The position numbers and the translations under genes were made by a program. The notes under the pieces are model-generated. The model did not search any database, was not told the DNA's origin, and saw nothing but the letters and a program-made list of their open reading frames with translations. Source: Escherichia phage Killian. Taken from it: a DNA stretch of 64,000 nucleotides. Position 1 is the first letter of the stretch; each line of letters begins with the position of its first letter. This document shows, piece by piece, positions 31,041 through 40,636 of this stretch. The stretch is taken from the sequence record OQ446694.1; one strand, 5' to 3'.

Positions 31041-31967
31041 TTAAGATTTAAGTAAATCAACAATTTTAATTAACTTTTCACGCTCAGATTTAGCTTTACT
31101 ACTCAATCCAGATAGTCTGAAAATTTCATCATCATATTGTTGAATAGAAATATTCAGCTCTTCAATCTGTTTATTAAAATAATCAATTTGTTCAGAATGT
31201 TTTTCGTTACTACGAACTGGTACAGGTTTCGTAGGCAATTTAGTTGAACTGGATTCATCCGGGCGATAAATTAAAATACAACTTGAACCAATAGGGCATT
31301 TTGCACCAGATGAATATTCTAATGTTCCAGCTTCTTTTAAAACTTCAAAAGCTAAACAGAGATGATGCCCCATATTAACATAATCTGTAGAGTGAGCTCT
31401 GATGTAATAATCGTCTCCACGAATACTAAATTTAAAGCATTTAAGGTCTTCTGTATTATTGGTCTTAAAAATCATTTGTTTATCTAGACCTTTAGCTAAT
31501 CGAGCGCCCAATGCTAATAATCGGCGTTGATTTTCCCACAAATCCGCAATCATTTGATCGAATGATAATTTTGGCATCAGTCGACCATAAAGGTCATATC
31601 CTTTATTATAATTACGAAGGATTTCACTCGCGTTAATACGAGACAATGCTCCAATTTTATTAAGGGCTTTCATAATGCGATTAGATAAACTCATTCCAGA
31701 CCCATTTGTTCGCTGCAAATGTTTTTCTAATCCAAATCCAATATCAACTTTAAACTTATCTAAAATTTCTGCATGAACATCTCTGTCAATAACATTCAAA
31801 TCCAAAGTTGGGTTAAATCTATGAAAAAATTTATCTGGCTCTCCACGGCGAAATACAGTCCATTCATTCATCATTTTTTTATTAGCTAAAGATTTAATTA
31901 CTGCATTGACATTATTAATTACTACTGACATATTTTCCTCACTCAATTTCAATTTTACTAAATACAC
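31041..31967 (-). CDS. uncharacterised protein with C-terminal coiled coil (array member D)
   Basis: 308 aa. Confidence 0.5.
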   Translation of the reverse strand: MYLVKLKLSEENMSVVINNVNAVIKSLANKKMMNEWTVFRRGEPDKFFHRFNPTLDLNVIDRDVHAEILDKFKVDIGFGLEKHLQRTNGSGMSLSNRIMKALNKIGALSRINASEILRNYNKGYDLYGRLMPKLSFDQMIADLWENQRRLLALGARLAKGLDKQMIFKTNNTEDLKCFKFSIRGDDYYIRAHSTDYVNMGHHLCLAFEVLKEAGTLEYSSGAKCPIGSSCILIYRPDESSSTKLPTKPVPVRSNEKHSEQIDYFNKQIEELNISIQQYDDEIFRLSGLSSKAKSEREKLIKIVDLLKS

Positions 31968-32346
31968 AGAATATGATTGAACAGACTACATAAGCGCCAC
32001 ACACAGATTGAACTAATACCATCCCAAAGAACCAAACAATATTATCAAACAGTGTCTGTTTTACGTCGAAAGGACGTAAACTTACAGTAATATTATCACC
32101 TTTTTCTATTGAAGAATACATCTCTGGGGAAATATATTCACTAAATCTATAACCGTCTTTAAGTTCATATACGGCAATAAACGATAAACTAGACCCTTTT
32201 CCTTGTGTTCCTGTAATGGTATTAACTACAGTAACATCATAATCTTTATAATGCATATAATCATTAATAGCATAATAACCGTATGCAACTACTACACATA
32301 AACAACATATCAATAAATTCAATCTTTTAATTATCAACCGTTTCAT
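31939..32346 (-). CDS. membrane protein (two predicted TM helices)
   Basis: 135 aa. Confidence 0.45.
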   Translation of the reverse strand: MKRLIIKRLNLLICCLCVVVAYGYYAINDYMHYKDYDVTVVNTITGTQGKGSSLSFIAVYELKDGYRFSEYISPEMYSSIEKGDNITVSLRPFDVKQTLFDNIVWFFGMVLVQSVCGAYVVCSIIFCVFSKIEIE

Positions 32347-32401
32347 AATAATCTCAATTAAAAGGGCTTAGAACCATTATACCATCCTTGGTATAAAGCG
32401 G

Positions 32402-32929
32402 TTATGCGAGTACCGTCTTTAACCGTTCTTCAAACTTCCGAAGAGTATTTTGGCGTTCAGCTCTTTGCTTTTTGTAAGTTTCAATACGCTCTGAAATGAG
32501 AGTGTATCGTTCATTTACTGATTCTTTCATAAAATCAGGAATTTCACGAGAAGCTTTAATCTCATCAAATTTATCAATAACAGCTTGCTCTTCAGCAATT
32601 AAGTTATCATACATTAAAATATCTTTCTTGATGAACTCAATATCTTCTTGAGTTACACGAGATAATTTAGATGCTTTATCCTTTTTGTACTGTTCGTTAG
32701 TATCACGAGACCAGTGTAATGTACGATTTTTATTCGTATTTTTGTAAATTTCTACAATACCAATCTCATCAATAATAACGATCCAATTCCAGCGGGATTT
32801 GTAAATTTGTCCTCCATCAACTGTGATTTCACCTCCGATTGAGATGTCGTTAAAGAACTTGCTTTGTGCTTCAGATTTAAATTTACCATCATTGTAATTT
32901 ACCAGGTTGAAAATATCTTTAGCGTTCAT
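32402..32929 (-). CDS. hypothetical protein
   Basis: 175 aa; starts directly downstream of an early promoter cassette. Confidence 0.5.
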   Translation of the reverse strand: MNAKDIFNLVNYNDGKFKSEAQSKFFNDISIGGEITVDGGQIYKSRWNWIVIIDEIGIVEIYKNTNKNRTLHWSRDTNEQYKKDKASKLSRVTQEDIEFIKKDILMYDNLIAEEQAVIDKFDEIKASREIPDFMKESVNERYTLISERIETYKKQRAERQNTLRKFEERLKTVLA

Positions 32930-32949
32930 TTTCTGTTCCTCCGTAGTTG

Positions 32950-32988
32950 ATAGTTGTATAGTACCACAGAGGAACAGTCTTGTAAACC
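32950..32988 (-). promoter_or_regulatory. T4-type early promoter cassette
   Basis: same GTTTACA...GGTACTATAC architecture as at 6795 and 50042. Confidence 0.55.
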
Positions 32989-32989
32989 A

Positions 32990-33304
32990 CTAAAAGAAAC
33001 TTCTTTCACAATTTTTTCCACTGAACCATGCGCTCACTGCTTTCTTAGTCTCAGGAGCAGTGTTATCCATAAACCATTCAAAGGCAGCCTTTTTATGATT
33101 CTGGAGGGCTTCTCGGGCTTTAATCTGCTCACGGTCTATTAACACTAACATATGAGCCTTTCTTGTCACCATGGGCTTCTTATGATTTTTTGAATACTCC
33201 CAGTCATTTGTCCATCGCATTGTCGTTGCGAATTGAAATACAGCTTCTTTAATCTTAGTTTCGTAAATTTCACGAGCCTTTGAGTATAACATCACTACCT
33301 CCAT
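32990..33304 (-). CDS. hypothetical protein
   Basis: 104 aa ORF. Confidence 0.45.
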   Translation of the reverse strand: MEVVMLYSKAREIYETKIKEAVFQFATTMRWTNDWEYSKNHKKPMVTRKAHMLVLIDREQIKAREALQNHKKAAFEWFMDNTAPETKKAVSAWFSGKNCERSFF

Positions 33305-33393
33305 TCACCAGTTTAATTCTAGTCATCTTTTTAATGGCAGTCCATATAATCTATTTCTGAACTGCCTTTTTGTCATAGAAGTCCTCTTATGAA

Positions 33394-34380
33394 TTATTTC
33401 AGAAGAGTAACCTCAGCAATTTCTTCCCAACCGTTTTTGTCGGTCATAATAAAGTCAGCAAGATAAAGAGCAGTACGCAGTGAAACATTGCGTAAACGAT
33501 TAACATTAACTTTCATCCATGATAATGCTTTATAAGTTTCTTCATCAGAAAGACCGCGCTTTTGCATCATGTCAGTTGAAAGAATAACATCTTCAACCCT
33601 GACCATAATTTCTTCATTAGTATGAACACCCAAATCCAAATAAACTGAGCGGGACACTAATGCTTGTAAGTGTGGAGCAAGTTTAGTACCACGGTCTAAT
33701 TCGCGGTCAATGTCAACGTTTGTGATAAAAACAATCGTTCCTTTAAATTCAAACTCACGCTCAATGCCTTTTTCTTCTAAGTAAGAAGATGCAGTGCTCC
33801 AGCAGACTTTACGGGTTTCTCCGGTGTCCAGAGCGGCTTTTAGAAGATTAAGAATGTCCATATCAGAGAAAACATCCACATCATCAATCAAAAGGACAGA
33901 ATTCTCTTCACGATTATTCCAAAGCTGTTCATAAAGACCAATACCAGAGATTTTACCATTAATGCTTTTATATTCAATGTATCCAATATCATTTGCTTTA
34001 TTTAAAGCTTTATCTAAAGAATACGTTTTACCAATACCTGCTGCGCCAGAGATAATTAATGAACGAATATTTCCATTAATAATACCGTTCGTCATCATTC
34101 CCATAACATTAAATCTTTTATTAATGCGGGTTTTCATATCTTCATATGATTCTTTAACTTCTTCAACTTTTACACCATCATATGAAATATCTGATTTGTA
34201 AACCCAAACACCGCGACGTTTACCGTCAATTTCAACAAAAACTTTACCATCTCCTTGTGCATCTACCGGAGCATTATCTGGGAACCATTCGCCTAAGAGC
34301 TCAAAAGTTCCAGAGATTTCTTTACCGAAGTAGATACCCTTATTGATAGTTACAGTTTTCATTTTATTCTCCAATTTCAC
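33394..34380 (-). CDS. P-loop NTPase (AAA-like ATPase) with N-terminal extension
   Basis: 328 aa; Walker A GAAGIGKT and Walker B VLLIDDVD. Confidence 0.6.
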   Translation of the reverse strand: MKLENKMKTVTINKGIYFGKEISGTFELLGEWFPDNAPVDAQGDGKVFVEIDGKRRGVWVYKSDISYDGVKVEEVKESYEDMKTRINKRFNVMGMMTNGIINGNIRSLIISGAAGIGKTYSLDKALNKANDIGYIEYKSINGKISGIGLYEQLWNNREENSVLLIDDVDVFSDMDILNLLKAALDTGETRKVCWSTASSYLEEKGIEREFEFKGTIVFITNVDIDRELDRGTKLAPHLQALVSRSVYLDLGVHTNEEIMVRVEDVILSTDMMQKRGLSDEETYKALSWMKVNVNRLRNVSLRTALYLADFIMTDKNGWEEIAEVTLLK

Positions 34381-34393
34381 ATTTGTTTTGATA

Positions 34394-34430
34394 GGGTAAT
34401 AGTATCACACTACTACCCTACTGTAAACAA
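34394..34430 (-). promoter_or_regulatory. T4-type early promoter upstream of the ATPase gene
   Basis: GTTTACAG...TACTATTACCCTATCAA family, also seen at 54660, 54958, 55288. Confidence 0.5.
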
Positions 34431-34431
34431 T

Positions 34432-34695
34432 TTATTTTAATGTTCGCCAAATTTTTACTGCTTCGCGACGAGATACTTCTACAGCTCCAAGTTCTACGGC
34501 TTTTTGGCGGCGGCGCGCGTGTAAGTCATAATGTTTAATGCGTTTATCTTGAAACCAAGAGCGTTTCATTCCTATTGCTTCTGCCATTTCATGAAGCTCT
34601 TCAATATCTCCATCAGTGAACATATGACAATTTTTAGTTGGATGACCGCGAAGTTTCCACCCATGATTCATTAAAACATCTACGTAAACTGTCAT
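34432..34695 (-). CDS. hypothetical small protein
   Basis: 87 aa ORF. Confidence 0.45.
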   Translation of the reverse strand: MTVYVDVLMNHGWKLRGHPTKNCHMFTDGDIEELHEMAEAIGMKRSWFQDKRIKHYDLHARRRQKAVELGAVEVSRREAVKIWRTLK

Positions 34696-34841
34696 TGATT
34701 CTGCTCCAAATATGTTTCTATAATTTTCTGAGCGAGATAAACTGCGTTATCTTCAGTTGCATCTTCTAAGAAATTTTCAAAACAAGCTGAAATCTCTTCT
34801 GTGTCAATCAACTTTTTTACTTCAATTAACGTAGTTTTCAT
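34692..34841 (-). CDS. hypothetical small acidic protein
   Basis: track ORF 34692..34886 trimmed: the MVLYNYQL prefix is the translated promoter -10 region; MKTTLIEV start has a Shine-Dalgarno. Confidence 0.4.
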   Translation of the reverse strand: MKTTLIEVKKLIDTEEISACFENFLEDATEDNAVYLAQKIIETYLEQNQ

Positions 34842-34869
34842 TTTATTCCCCCAAATCCACATCAGTTGA

Positions 34870-34908
34870 TAGTTGTATAGTACCATAAAGCTTTATGCTT
34901 GTAAACAA
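34870..34908 (-). promoter_or_regulatory. T4-type early promoter cassette
   Basis: GTTTACA / TACTATAC elements. Confidence 0.55.
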
Positions 34909-34935
34909 CTTTGTGACGTCATTTTAAACAAAAAA

Positions 34936-34953
34936 AGGGAGCCCGAAGGCTCC
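34936..34953 (-). terminator. UUCG-type hairpin downstream of the nucleotidyltransferase-like gene
   Basis: GGGAGCC-CGAA-GGCTCCC. Confidence 0.45.
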
Positions 34954-34956
34954 CTA

Positions 34957-35970
34957 TCATTTATAATAACTTCGGTGGTTTTCAAGATATACCTCTTCAA
35001 CGAACTTGTCCCAGAACTTCATGTCTACCTTATCAGGCATACCGTTCTTAGCTGCCTGGATGGCTAGGACTTCAACCAAATCAACAGTATCTTCAAGAAG
35101 TTCTTGAACTTCTTTAAATGGTAATTCACCGGCTTTAATCAGCTTAATGATAGAGGCTTCGCGCAATGGGAACGCCAAATCACCTGTTTGGTAGATTTCC
35201 ATCAATTGATACCCTGCGCGATAAGCATGACTCAGAGCTTTCCAGTCAATACCTTCATTAGCTTCAGCCTTACGAGCACGTTCACCATATTCCGCATCGA
35301 GCTTATTCAGAGATTGCTTGAGCTCGATTAAAGACAAGGTGGTTTGGTACTTACGTCCAAGAACAGTATAGAACGTTTGAGGACCTGTTTTCTCGTGGTT
35401 ATGGAATACCCATTCACAGAACTCGTTTTCAGGAAGCCGATGTTTAATATCTACAATTTTAGTACGACGTTGTCCTTGTGTTCCATCTTCTCGGTAATCA
35501 ACCCACTGGTCAGGAATTTGATTAACTACTTTCAATACATCACGTAATGCGGCCAAACGAGAACCCTTAACACCATATTTAGAAGCTTGCTTGCGGACAT
35601 ATCCTAAATAGGATTTCATGTTAGTCGTATAAAACCGTGAACGATTGTCTTGAATAAACTTCCATACATCAGGCAAATCAGATTTAACTACTAGTTCAGG
35701 TGGAGTGTGGAGCATATCCAATGCTACAGTTTCACCATCTGCTGCTAATTTAAAGAAATATTTAAGACTGTATAGTTCATGGTCAATATCATCTTTAGTG
35801 TTTTTAGATGATGTGTTGTTAGTGTTTTTACTCATATGCTCTTTAACATTTCCGATAAGAATATCGCGAGCAGGAGGAACAAAGATTTCTTTAAAATCTA
35901 CATCAGATTCTGGAGTAGAAGTTCCATAAAGATGACTACCAAAATAGCTTTTCATTACTGTTTTCATCAT
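34957..35970 (-). CDS. polymerase-beta-superfamily nucleotidyltransferase-like protein
   Basis: 337 aa; N-terminal GSHLYGTSTPESDVDF fits the G[GS]x(9-13)DhDh nucleotidyltransferase signature. Confidence 0.5.
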   Translation of the reverse strand: MMKTVMKSYFGSHLYGTSTPESDVDFKEIFVPPARDILIGNVKEHMSKNTNNTSSKNTKDDIDHELYSLKYFFKLAADGETVALDMLHTPPELVVKSDLPDVWKFIQDNRSRFYTTNMKSYLGYVRKQASKYGVKGSRLAALRDVLKVVNQIPDQWVDYREDGTQGQRRTKIVDIKHRLPENEFCEWVFHNHEKTGPQTFYTVLGRKYQTTLSLIELKQSLNKLDAEYGERARKAEANEGIDWKALSHAYRAGYQLMEIYQTGDLAFPLREASIIKLIKAGELPFKEVQELLEDTVDLVEVLAIQAAKNGMPDKVDMKFWDKFVEEVYLENHRSYYK

Positions 35971-36440
35971 TCAGCCTTATATTCAATAACAGGACATACT
36001 TTAGCTTTACGAGCTTTTAAAAATTCGACGATAATAGATTTCTTGGGTTGAATAGGAGGTAAACCTTTATACGCCCTATCAATATTTTCTACATGTAAAG
36101 CATAATCCTTTTTCCATTTATAATCTTTATATTTTTCATGCAATTGTGCAGGAATAACAAATGAACCGATAATAAGTAAAACAAGCAAAATGGCAAGTAT
36201 AAATGCTGCTGGAATAAGAGTCCATAAACTACCAAAAATAAGCCATTTCTGTATGATTTCTGCACAGATGATAGTTAGACCTGCGAGTATAGTACATCCG
36301 AAAAAAGAAACGAAAAATGTAGGAATAACAATAGACCAAAAATACGCGCATAGTGTCTTAGGCCGTTTCCATTCATCATTAAACATTTTGAATAATTTAT
36401 AGTGCCAAGAGCTTTCATTAATAATCATAATTATAATCAT
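35967..36440 (-). CDS. membrane protein (about four TM helices)
   Basis: 157 aa hydrophobic ORF. Confidence 0.5.
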   Translation of the reverse strand: MIIIMIINESSWHYKLFKMFNDEWKRPKTLCAYFWSIVIPTFFVSFFGCTILAGLTIICAEIIQKWLIFGSLWTLIPAAFILAILLVLLIIGSFVIPAQLHEKYKDYKWKKDYALHVENIDRAYKGLPPIQPKKSIIVEFLKARKAKVCPVIEYKAE

Positions 36441-36958
36441 CCTTTCATTGAAGGTGTAACAGTTGTTAAATACTTAATCATAGCTTCAGCTTCTGATTTT
36501 GATAATGAAATTTCTCCATTGTTTTGACGAATAGAAATAAAATCTGGATGACGGTCACCACCAGCTTTCAAAACACACATATAAGTATCAGTTTCATCTT
36601 CAATATTTGAAATGATTGAAGCAGTTCCACATGAATGCGGTTTTTGATAAATCAATACGGCTTTTCTTCCACCGTTTGACTGTTCATAAACTTTTAACAC
36701 ATCAAACAAATCACTTCTTTTATCAATAGCTAAGATGTTGTTTTCATCTTCAATGTTAAATCCTTCGGATACTTCATAAAGTGTCACCCATAAATCACCT
36801 ATATCGATAGTAGCATTTTCCTTTCCATGACTTTCAAGAGTATGACAAATTTTCTTGATTTCGTCATAACTCATTTTAATAATATCATCTCCTTGAATAA
36901 GGAAGATGTCATTTTTAAATTCAACACGAATTAAACCACTTTCACTTGAAATAAACAT
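36437..36958 (-). CDS. hypothetical protein, tandem paralog 1
   Basis: 173 aa; C-terminus ISLSKSEAEAMIKYLTTVTPSM resembles the neighbouring ORF. Confidence 0.45.
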   Translation of the reverse strand: MFISSESGLIRVEFKNDIFLIQGDDIIKMSYDEIKKICHTLESHGKENATIDIGDLWVTLYEVSEGFNIEDENNILAIDKRSDLFDVLKVYEQSNGGRKAVLIYQKPHSCGTASIISNIEDETDTYMCVLKAGGDRHPDFISIRQNNGEISLSKSEAEAMIKYLTTVTPSMKG

Positions 36959-36964
36959 ATTTCC

Positions 36965-37522
36965 TCACTTTGAAATCATAGTTGGAATGACAGAATCAAG
37001 ATAAGTCTTTAGCGCAATAGCTTCGTCTTTGGTAAATGTGACAATATGTGATCGAAAATCGTCAATTTGACGAATAGTTAAGACATCTCCCTCTTCATAA
37101 CATTTTGATACATTTAAAACAGTTTCATAATTTTGATTACAAGCGTTAGTAATAATAGCATTGCAATTTTTAAACCATTTTAAACTATGTTTTCTTTCAT
37201 TAGAATAATAAAAATATTTAATCTTATCTATAAAACTATCCCAATGGATAACTGATAAACACATTGACTCACTTTTAATATTAAATCCTGGGCATAAAGA
37301 ATAAAAATGAATTTTATGCTCATCATTAATGCTTACAATTTTATCAGTGTAAGGTTTTTCAATTTGGGTTAAATGAATAATTTCGCTAGGCGTAAAATAT
37401 AGCATATCGTCTTCTTGCGTCAAACGATACATATTATTTACTTTTTCTATAGCCAATTCACCAAAAAGTGAACTAACTTCTAGTACTAATCGTTTCATAT
37501 TGATTCTCTTCGACTCACTCAC
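36965..37522 (-). CDS. hypothetical protein, tandem paralog 2
   Basis: 185 aa; C-terminus VTFTKDEAIALKTYLDSVIPTM; start appears to be GTG preceded by AAGGAG. Confidence 0.45.
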   Translation of the reverse strand: MSESKRINMKRLVLEVSSLFGELAIEKVNNMYRLTQEDDMLYFTPSEIIHLTQIEKPYTDKIVSINDEHKIHFYSLCPGFNIKSESMCLSVIHWDSFIDKIKYFYYSNERKHSLKWFKNCNAIITNACNQNYETVLNVSKCYEEGDVLTIRQIDDFRSHIVTFTKDEAIALKTYLDSVIPTMISK

Positions 37523-37654
37523 AATTACATACTCCTTTGAATAATATCAATAATGTTGTTTACCAGATTATAAGTAAACATTGGGTAATTATATTGAATC
37601 ATCACATACACAACAAACAAAACTTTCATTCTCTTCTCCTTGGCAGTTGACAAG

Positions 37655-37690
37655 ATTACTATACCATAACCTTGCCAACTTGTAAACCAT
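37655..37690 (-). promoter_or_regulatory. T4-type early promoter
   Basis: -35 TTTACA and -10 TATAGT at 17 nt spacing. Confidence 0.45.
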
Positions 37691-37852
37691 TAAATGACGT
37701 TTTCAATAAAATTCTGAAGCTTTGTGTGAGCATCAACCATGATTTTCATTTCTTCCTTTGCAAAAGCTGTACCTCTTTCACGAGAAGAATACTCATAGTC
37801 AGAAACTGCATTAGCGTATTCTTCAATTAGCTTCATTAAAAACATCTGCTTT

Positions 37853-38047
37853 TCAGTTTTCATTATTCCACCTAATCATTTCAAGATATTGAACTAACTT
37901 AGCTTTGGATTTATCCAAATCCTTTTTAGCTGCTTCTATACCATCGTATGAATATCCTTCACAATGCTCAACTGCCAATTGGTATGAATCTATTTCAATA
38001 TCACGTGCTAATTTAATGATTTTTTCAAACTGTTCACGTGTTAGCAT
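37853..38047 (-). CDS. hypothetical small protein
   Basis: 64 aa ORF. Confidence 0.4.
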   Translation of the reverse strand: MLTREQFEKIIKLARDIEIDSYQLAVEHCEGYSYDGIEAAKKDLDKSKAKLVQYLEMIRWNNEN

Positions 38048-38049
38048 AC

Positions 38050-38289
38050 TTAAACTCTCGTATTATGATCGATAATTTCATCAAGAAACATATCTAAAGC
38101 TTCTACAGCATTATCAACTTTAGCTTCAAGTTCTTCAGCGCCTTTATTTGCAATGCCTGCCGAAAACCAAGCAAAGTCACTAAGTTCCTCATCTGCTTTG
38201 CGAATTAAAGCTACCAATTCTTTAATTTTATCTGCTTGTTCGATACTAATCATTATTCCACCACATATGAAAGAGAGAATATTGCACAC
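38050..38289 (-). CDS. hypothetical small protein
   Basis: 79 aa ORF. Confidence 0.4.
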   Translation of the reverse strand: MCNILSFICGGIMISIEQADKIKELVALIRKADEELSDFAWFSAGIANKGAEELEAKVDNAVEALDMFLDEIIDHNTRV

Positions 38290-38441
38290 GCCATATGAGT
38301 TGCAGCTTCATCACACATATCATAACGTTTCTTAAGAAGTTCTACAAGTTCTTCACTTGTAACTTCATCCATGTCGACGAAAAAATCACCATTAATGATG
38401 ACGTAAATATTTCCTTCTTGATTAAGTGCTTCAATTTTCAT
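38253..38441 (-). CDS. hypothetical small acidic protein
   Basis: track ORF trimmed to MKIEAL start downstream of an early promoter. Confidence 0.4.
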   Translation of the reverse strand: MKIEALNQEGNIYVIINGDFFVDMDEVTSEELVELLKKRYDMCDEAATHMACAIFSLSYVVE

Positions 38442-38464
38442 GATGTTCTCCTCTTTATCCGATG

Positions 38465-38501
38465 GTTGTATAGTATCACAACTCAAATGGAAAGTAAACC
38501 G
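38465..38501 (-). promoter_or_regulatory. T4-type early promoter
   Basis: GTTTAC / TACTATAC elements. Confidence 0.5.
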
Positions 38502-38513
38502 GTAAAATGAAAA

Positions 38514-38532
38514 AAGTCTCCCGAAGGAGACT
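38514..38532 (-). terminator. UUCG-type hairpin
   Basis: AGTCTCC-CGAA-GGAGACT. Confidence 0.45.
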
Positions 38533-38536
38533 AATG

Positions 38537-38923
38537 TTATTCGAGGGAAAGAAGATATTTGCTCTGGTAAAACATTCCAGTAATATCATCTATCGTGCTT
38601 TGAATGGCTGGAGGCATTTCTTTATAAATGCTGTTAGATTGGTCTAGTATGCGATCAATCATTTTAATTGTGTCGGTAGGAAGTTTACTAGCATCTGGAA
38701 TTGAAGGTGTGTATTTTCTACCAGAATACCCCAAATATTGCTCGCCAAATTTATCAATCAAATCTGGCAACTCAGAGAAAATAAAATCGTATGCCTTGTG
38801 TCTAACATAACTTTTAGTTTCAAAATGCGCAGAATGAAAATAAGCTTGTGCAGCCATTAATAAACCTAAGTATTCATCTGCCTTTGAAGGTTTTCCACTT
38901 TGTGAAAAGTCGCTGAATTTCAT
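38537..38923 (-). CDS. hypothetical protein
   Basis: 128 aa ORF preceded by a UUCG-type hairpin. Confidence 0.45.
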   Translation of the reverse strand: MKFSDFSQSGKPSKADEYLGLLMAAQAYFHSAHFETKSYVRHKAYDFIFSELPDLIDKFGEQYLGYSGRKYTPSIPDASKLPTDTIKMIDRILDQSNSIYKEMPPAIQSTIDDITGMFYQSKYLLSLE

Positions 38924-39213
38924 TCAGTCTCCAATTTAATGTTCATAATTCTAGCGTATGATTGTGCCATCTCCGCGCCTCGTTCTATACATTCAAAATC
39001 GGAAGAGCACGGGTCATTTTTATAGGTCGTTCGCATAAAACTATAGAACTGTTCAGATGATTCTACGCTTTTATTTTCAAAAAGCATATAAACATGTCTA
39101 ATACCAGATTCCATAAATTTATCAAAATGAGGATCGACATTCGCTTCAATCGGTGGAGATAAAGCAAATGCTAATCCTAGCATGGCAAATAATGCCGTTG
39201 CTTTTAAGGCCAT
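38920..39213 (-). CDS. secreted small protein
   Basis: 97 aa; N-terminal signal peptide. Confidence 0.45.
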   Translation of the reverse strand: MALKATALFAMLGLAFALSPPIEANVDPHFDKFMESGIRHVYMLFENKSVESSEQFYSFMRTTYKNDPCSSDFECIERGAEMAQSYARIMNIKLETE

Positions 39214-39225
39214 AAAGGCCTCCTA

Positions 39226-39438
39226 TCATTTTTGTCCTGTATTTACTTTATGCCGATGCACGGCCTTAACTTTATCAAGGTATTTTTCAAAATTTCGCAA
39301 TCTAGTATAGTCTGCCGGAGATTGGTTGAGTGATACTTCTCGACGCAAAGCTGAAATGATATTTCCAACTTCCCTACGAATTTCATCTAATTGAAGAACA
39401 GTAAGATTGCGAAGTTGCTTTTCAGTTAATTGTAGCAT
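39226..39438 (-). CDS. hypothetical small protein
   Basis: 70 aa ORF. Confidence 0.4.
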
Positions 39439-39480
39439 ATATACCCCTTTAGTTAGATAAACCTATTTATAACTTTTGCA

Positions 39481-40062
39481 CTAACCGAGCTTTTTAGTTA
39501 ATTCATTCCAATGTTTTCTGCACAAAGAAACATAAATTTCATCACCAATACAGATTTGATTACCTTCTTTAACTGGTGTTCCATCTTCCATTAATCGAGC
39601 CGTCATAATCGCTTTTTTACCGCAATGACAAACTGCCTTTAGTTCAATAAGTTTATCTGCAATCGCCAAAAGTTCTTTAGAACCTTCAAATAATTTTCCG
39701 GCGAAATCAGTCCTTAGACCATAAGCCATAACAGGAACATTATATGTATCAACAATTCGACTTAATTGATGCACCTGTCCAGTTTTTAAAAACTGGGCTT
39801 CATCTACAAATACACAATGAATATCTTTTTGTGCTTCAGCCCATTTATAGAACTCAAAAATATCCATATCATCCGTAATAATATTCGCTTCCTGCTTAAT
39901 TCCAATACGAGAAACGACTTCACAGACAGAATCGCGAGTATCAATAGCAGGCTTAAGAACTAATACACCCATTCCACGTTCTTTATAATTATGCGCAGCA
40001 GTCAAAAGAGAAGCAGATTTTCCAGCATTCATTGCTGCATAAGTAAAAATTAAACTCGCCAT
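39481..40062 (-). CDS. tk: thymidine kinase
   Basis: 193 aa; P-loop AMNAGKS; C-terminal Zn cysteines; T4 length. Confidence 0.9.
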   Translation of the reverse strand: MASLIFTYAAMNAGKSASLLTAAHNYKERGMGVLVLKPAIDTRDSVCEVVSRIGIKQEANIITDDMDIFEFYKWAEAQKDIHCVFVDEAQFLKTGQVHQLSRIVDTYNVPVMAYGLRTDFAGKLFEGSKELLAIADKLIELKAVCHCGKKAIMTARLMEDGTPVKEGNQICIGDEIYVSLCRKHWNELTKKLG

Positions 40063-40071
40063 ATCACCTTC

Positions 40072-40257
40072 TTAAAGCGTATTCACATAAGCTATTAATT
40101 CGTTTTCTTTCTTATCAAACCGATCAGCAAATTCTTCTTGTTGATCGGGAGATAGCGGGCCGTATTCATCATAAAAGGTGTTTGCTTCTGTATGCTCATC
40201 TAGAAGTTCATGGATAAGCTCAAACAATTTATCTTTTTGTTCTTTACTCAGACTCAT
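40072..40257 (-). CDS. hypothetical small acidic protein (tk.1-like)
   Basis: 61 aa ORF. Confidence 0.45.
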   Translation of the reverse strand: MSLSKEQKDKLFELIHELLDEHTEANTFYDEYGPLSPDQQEEFADRFDKKENELIAYVNTL

Positions 40258-40427
40258 ATATTAATTTCCAGGAGTTTTAAAATAATTCGCTTTTGCTTAA
40301 ATATTTCCATAGTTAAATGACCAGTATCTTTTTGACCGATTCCAATGGCAAAACCTTTATTGACAGCGAGTTCAATTAAATTATCAAGCTCACGTAACAC
40401 TTCATATTGTAACTCAAAACTATTCAT
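40254..40427 (-). CDS. hypothetical small protein
   Basis: 57 aa ORF read by hand; ATGA start/stop overlaps on both sides. Confidence 0.35.
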   Translation of the reverse strand: MNSFELQYEVLRELDNLIELAVNKGFAIGIGQKDTGHLTMEIFKQKRIILKLLEINI

Positions 40428-40636
40428 TTCGGTTTACCTTCTTTAACGAAATCGGGATAAGGATAAAATCCTGAATAAAATCCTTCACCTTTATGATTGA
40501 TGCATCCTTTATTAGAACAATAGCACCAATAATCGAAATCACAAGCCATTTCATCATTACATAAAGCAAAAACAACTGGCCATTCACACTTTTCGCAGTG
40601 GGCATTTTTAAGAATACTTGTTTGGCTCATAACCAT
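40424..40636 (-). CDS. Cys-rich small protein (putative Zn-binding)
   Basis: track ORF 40424..40651 trimmed; CEKCEW...CYCSNKGC cysteines. Confidence 0.4.
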   Translation of the reverse strand: MVMSQTSILKNAHCEKCEWPVVFALCNDEMACDFDYWCYCSNKGCINHKGEGFYSGFYPYPDFVKEGKPK

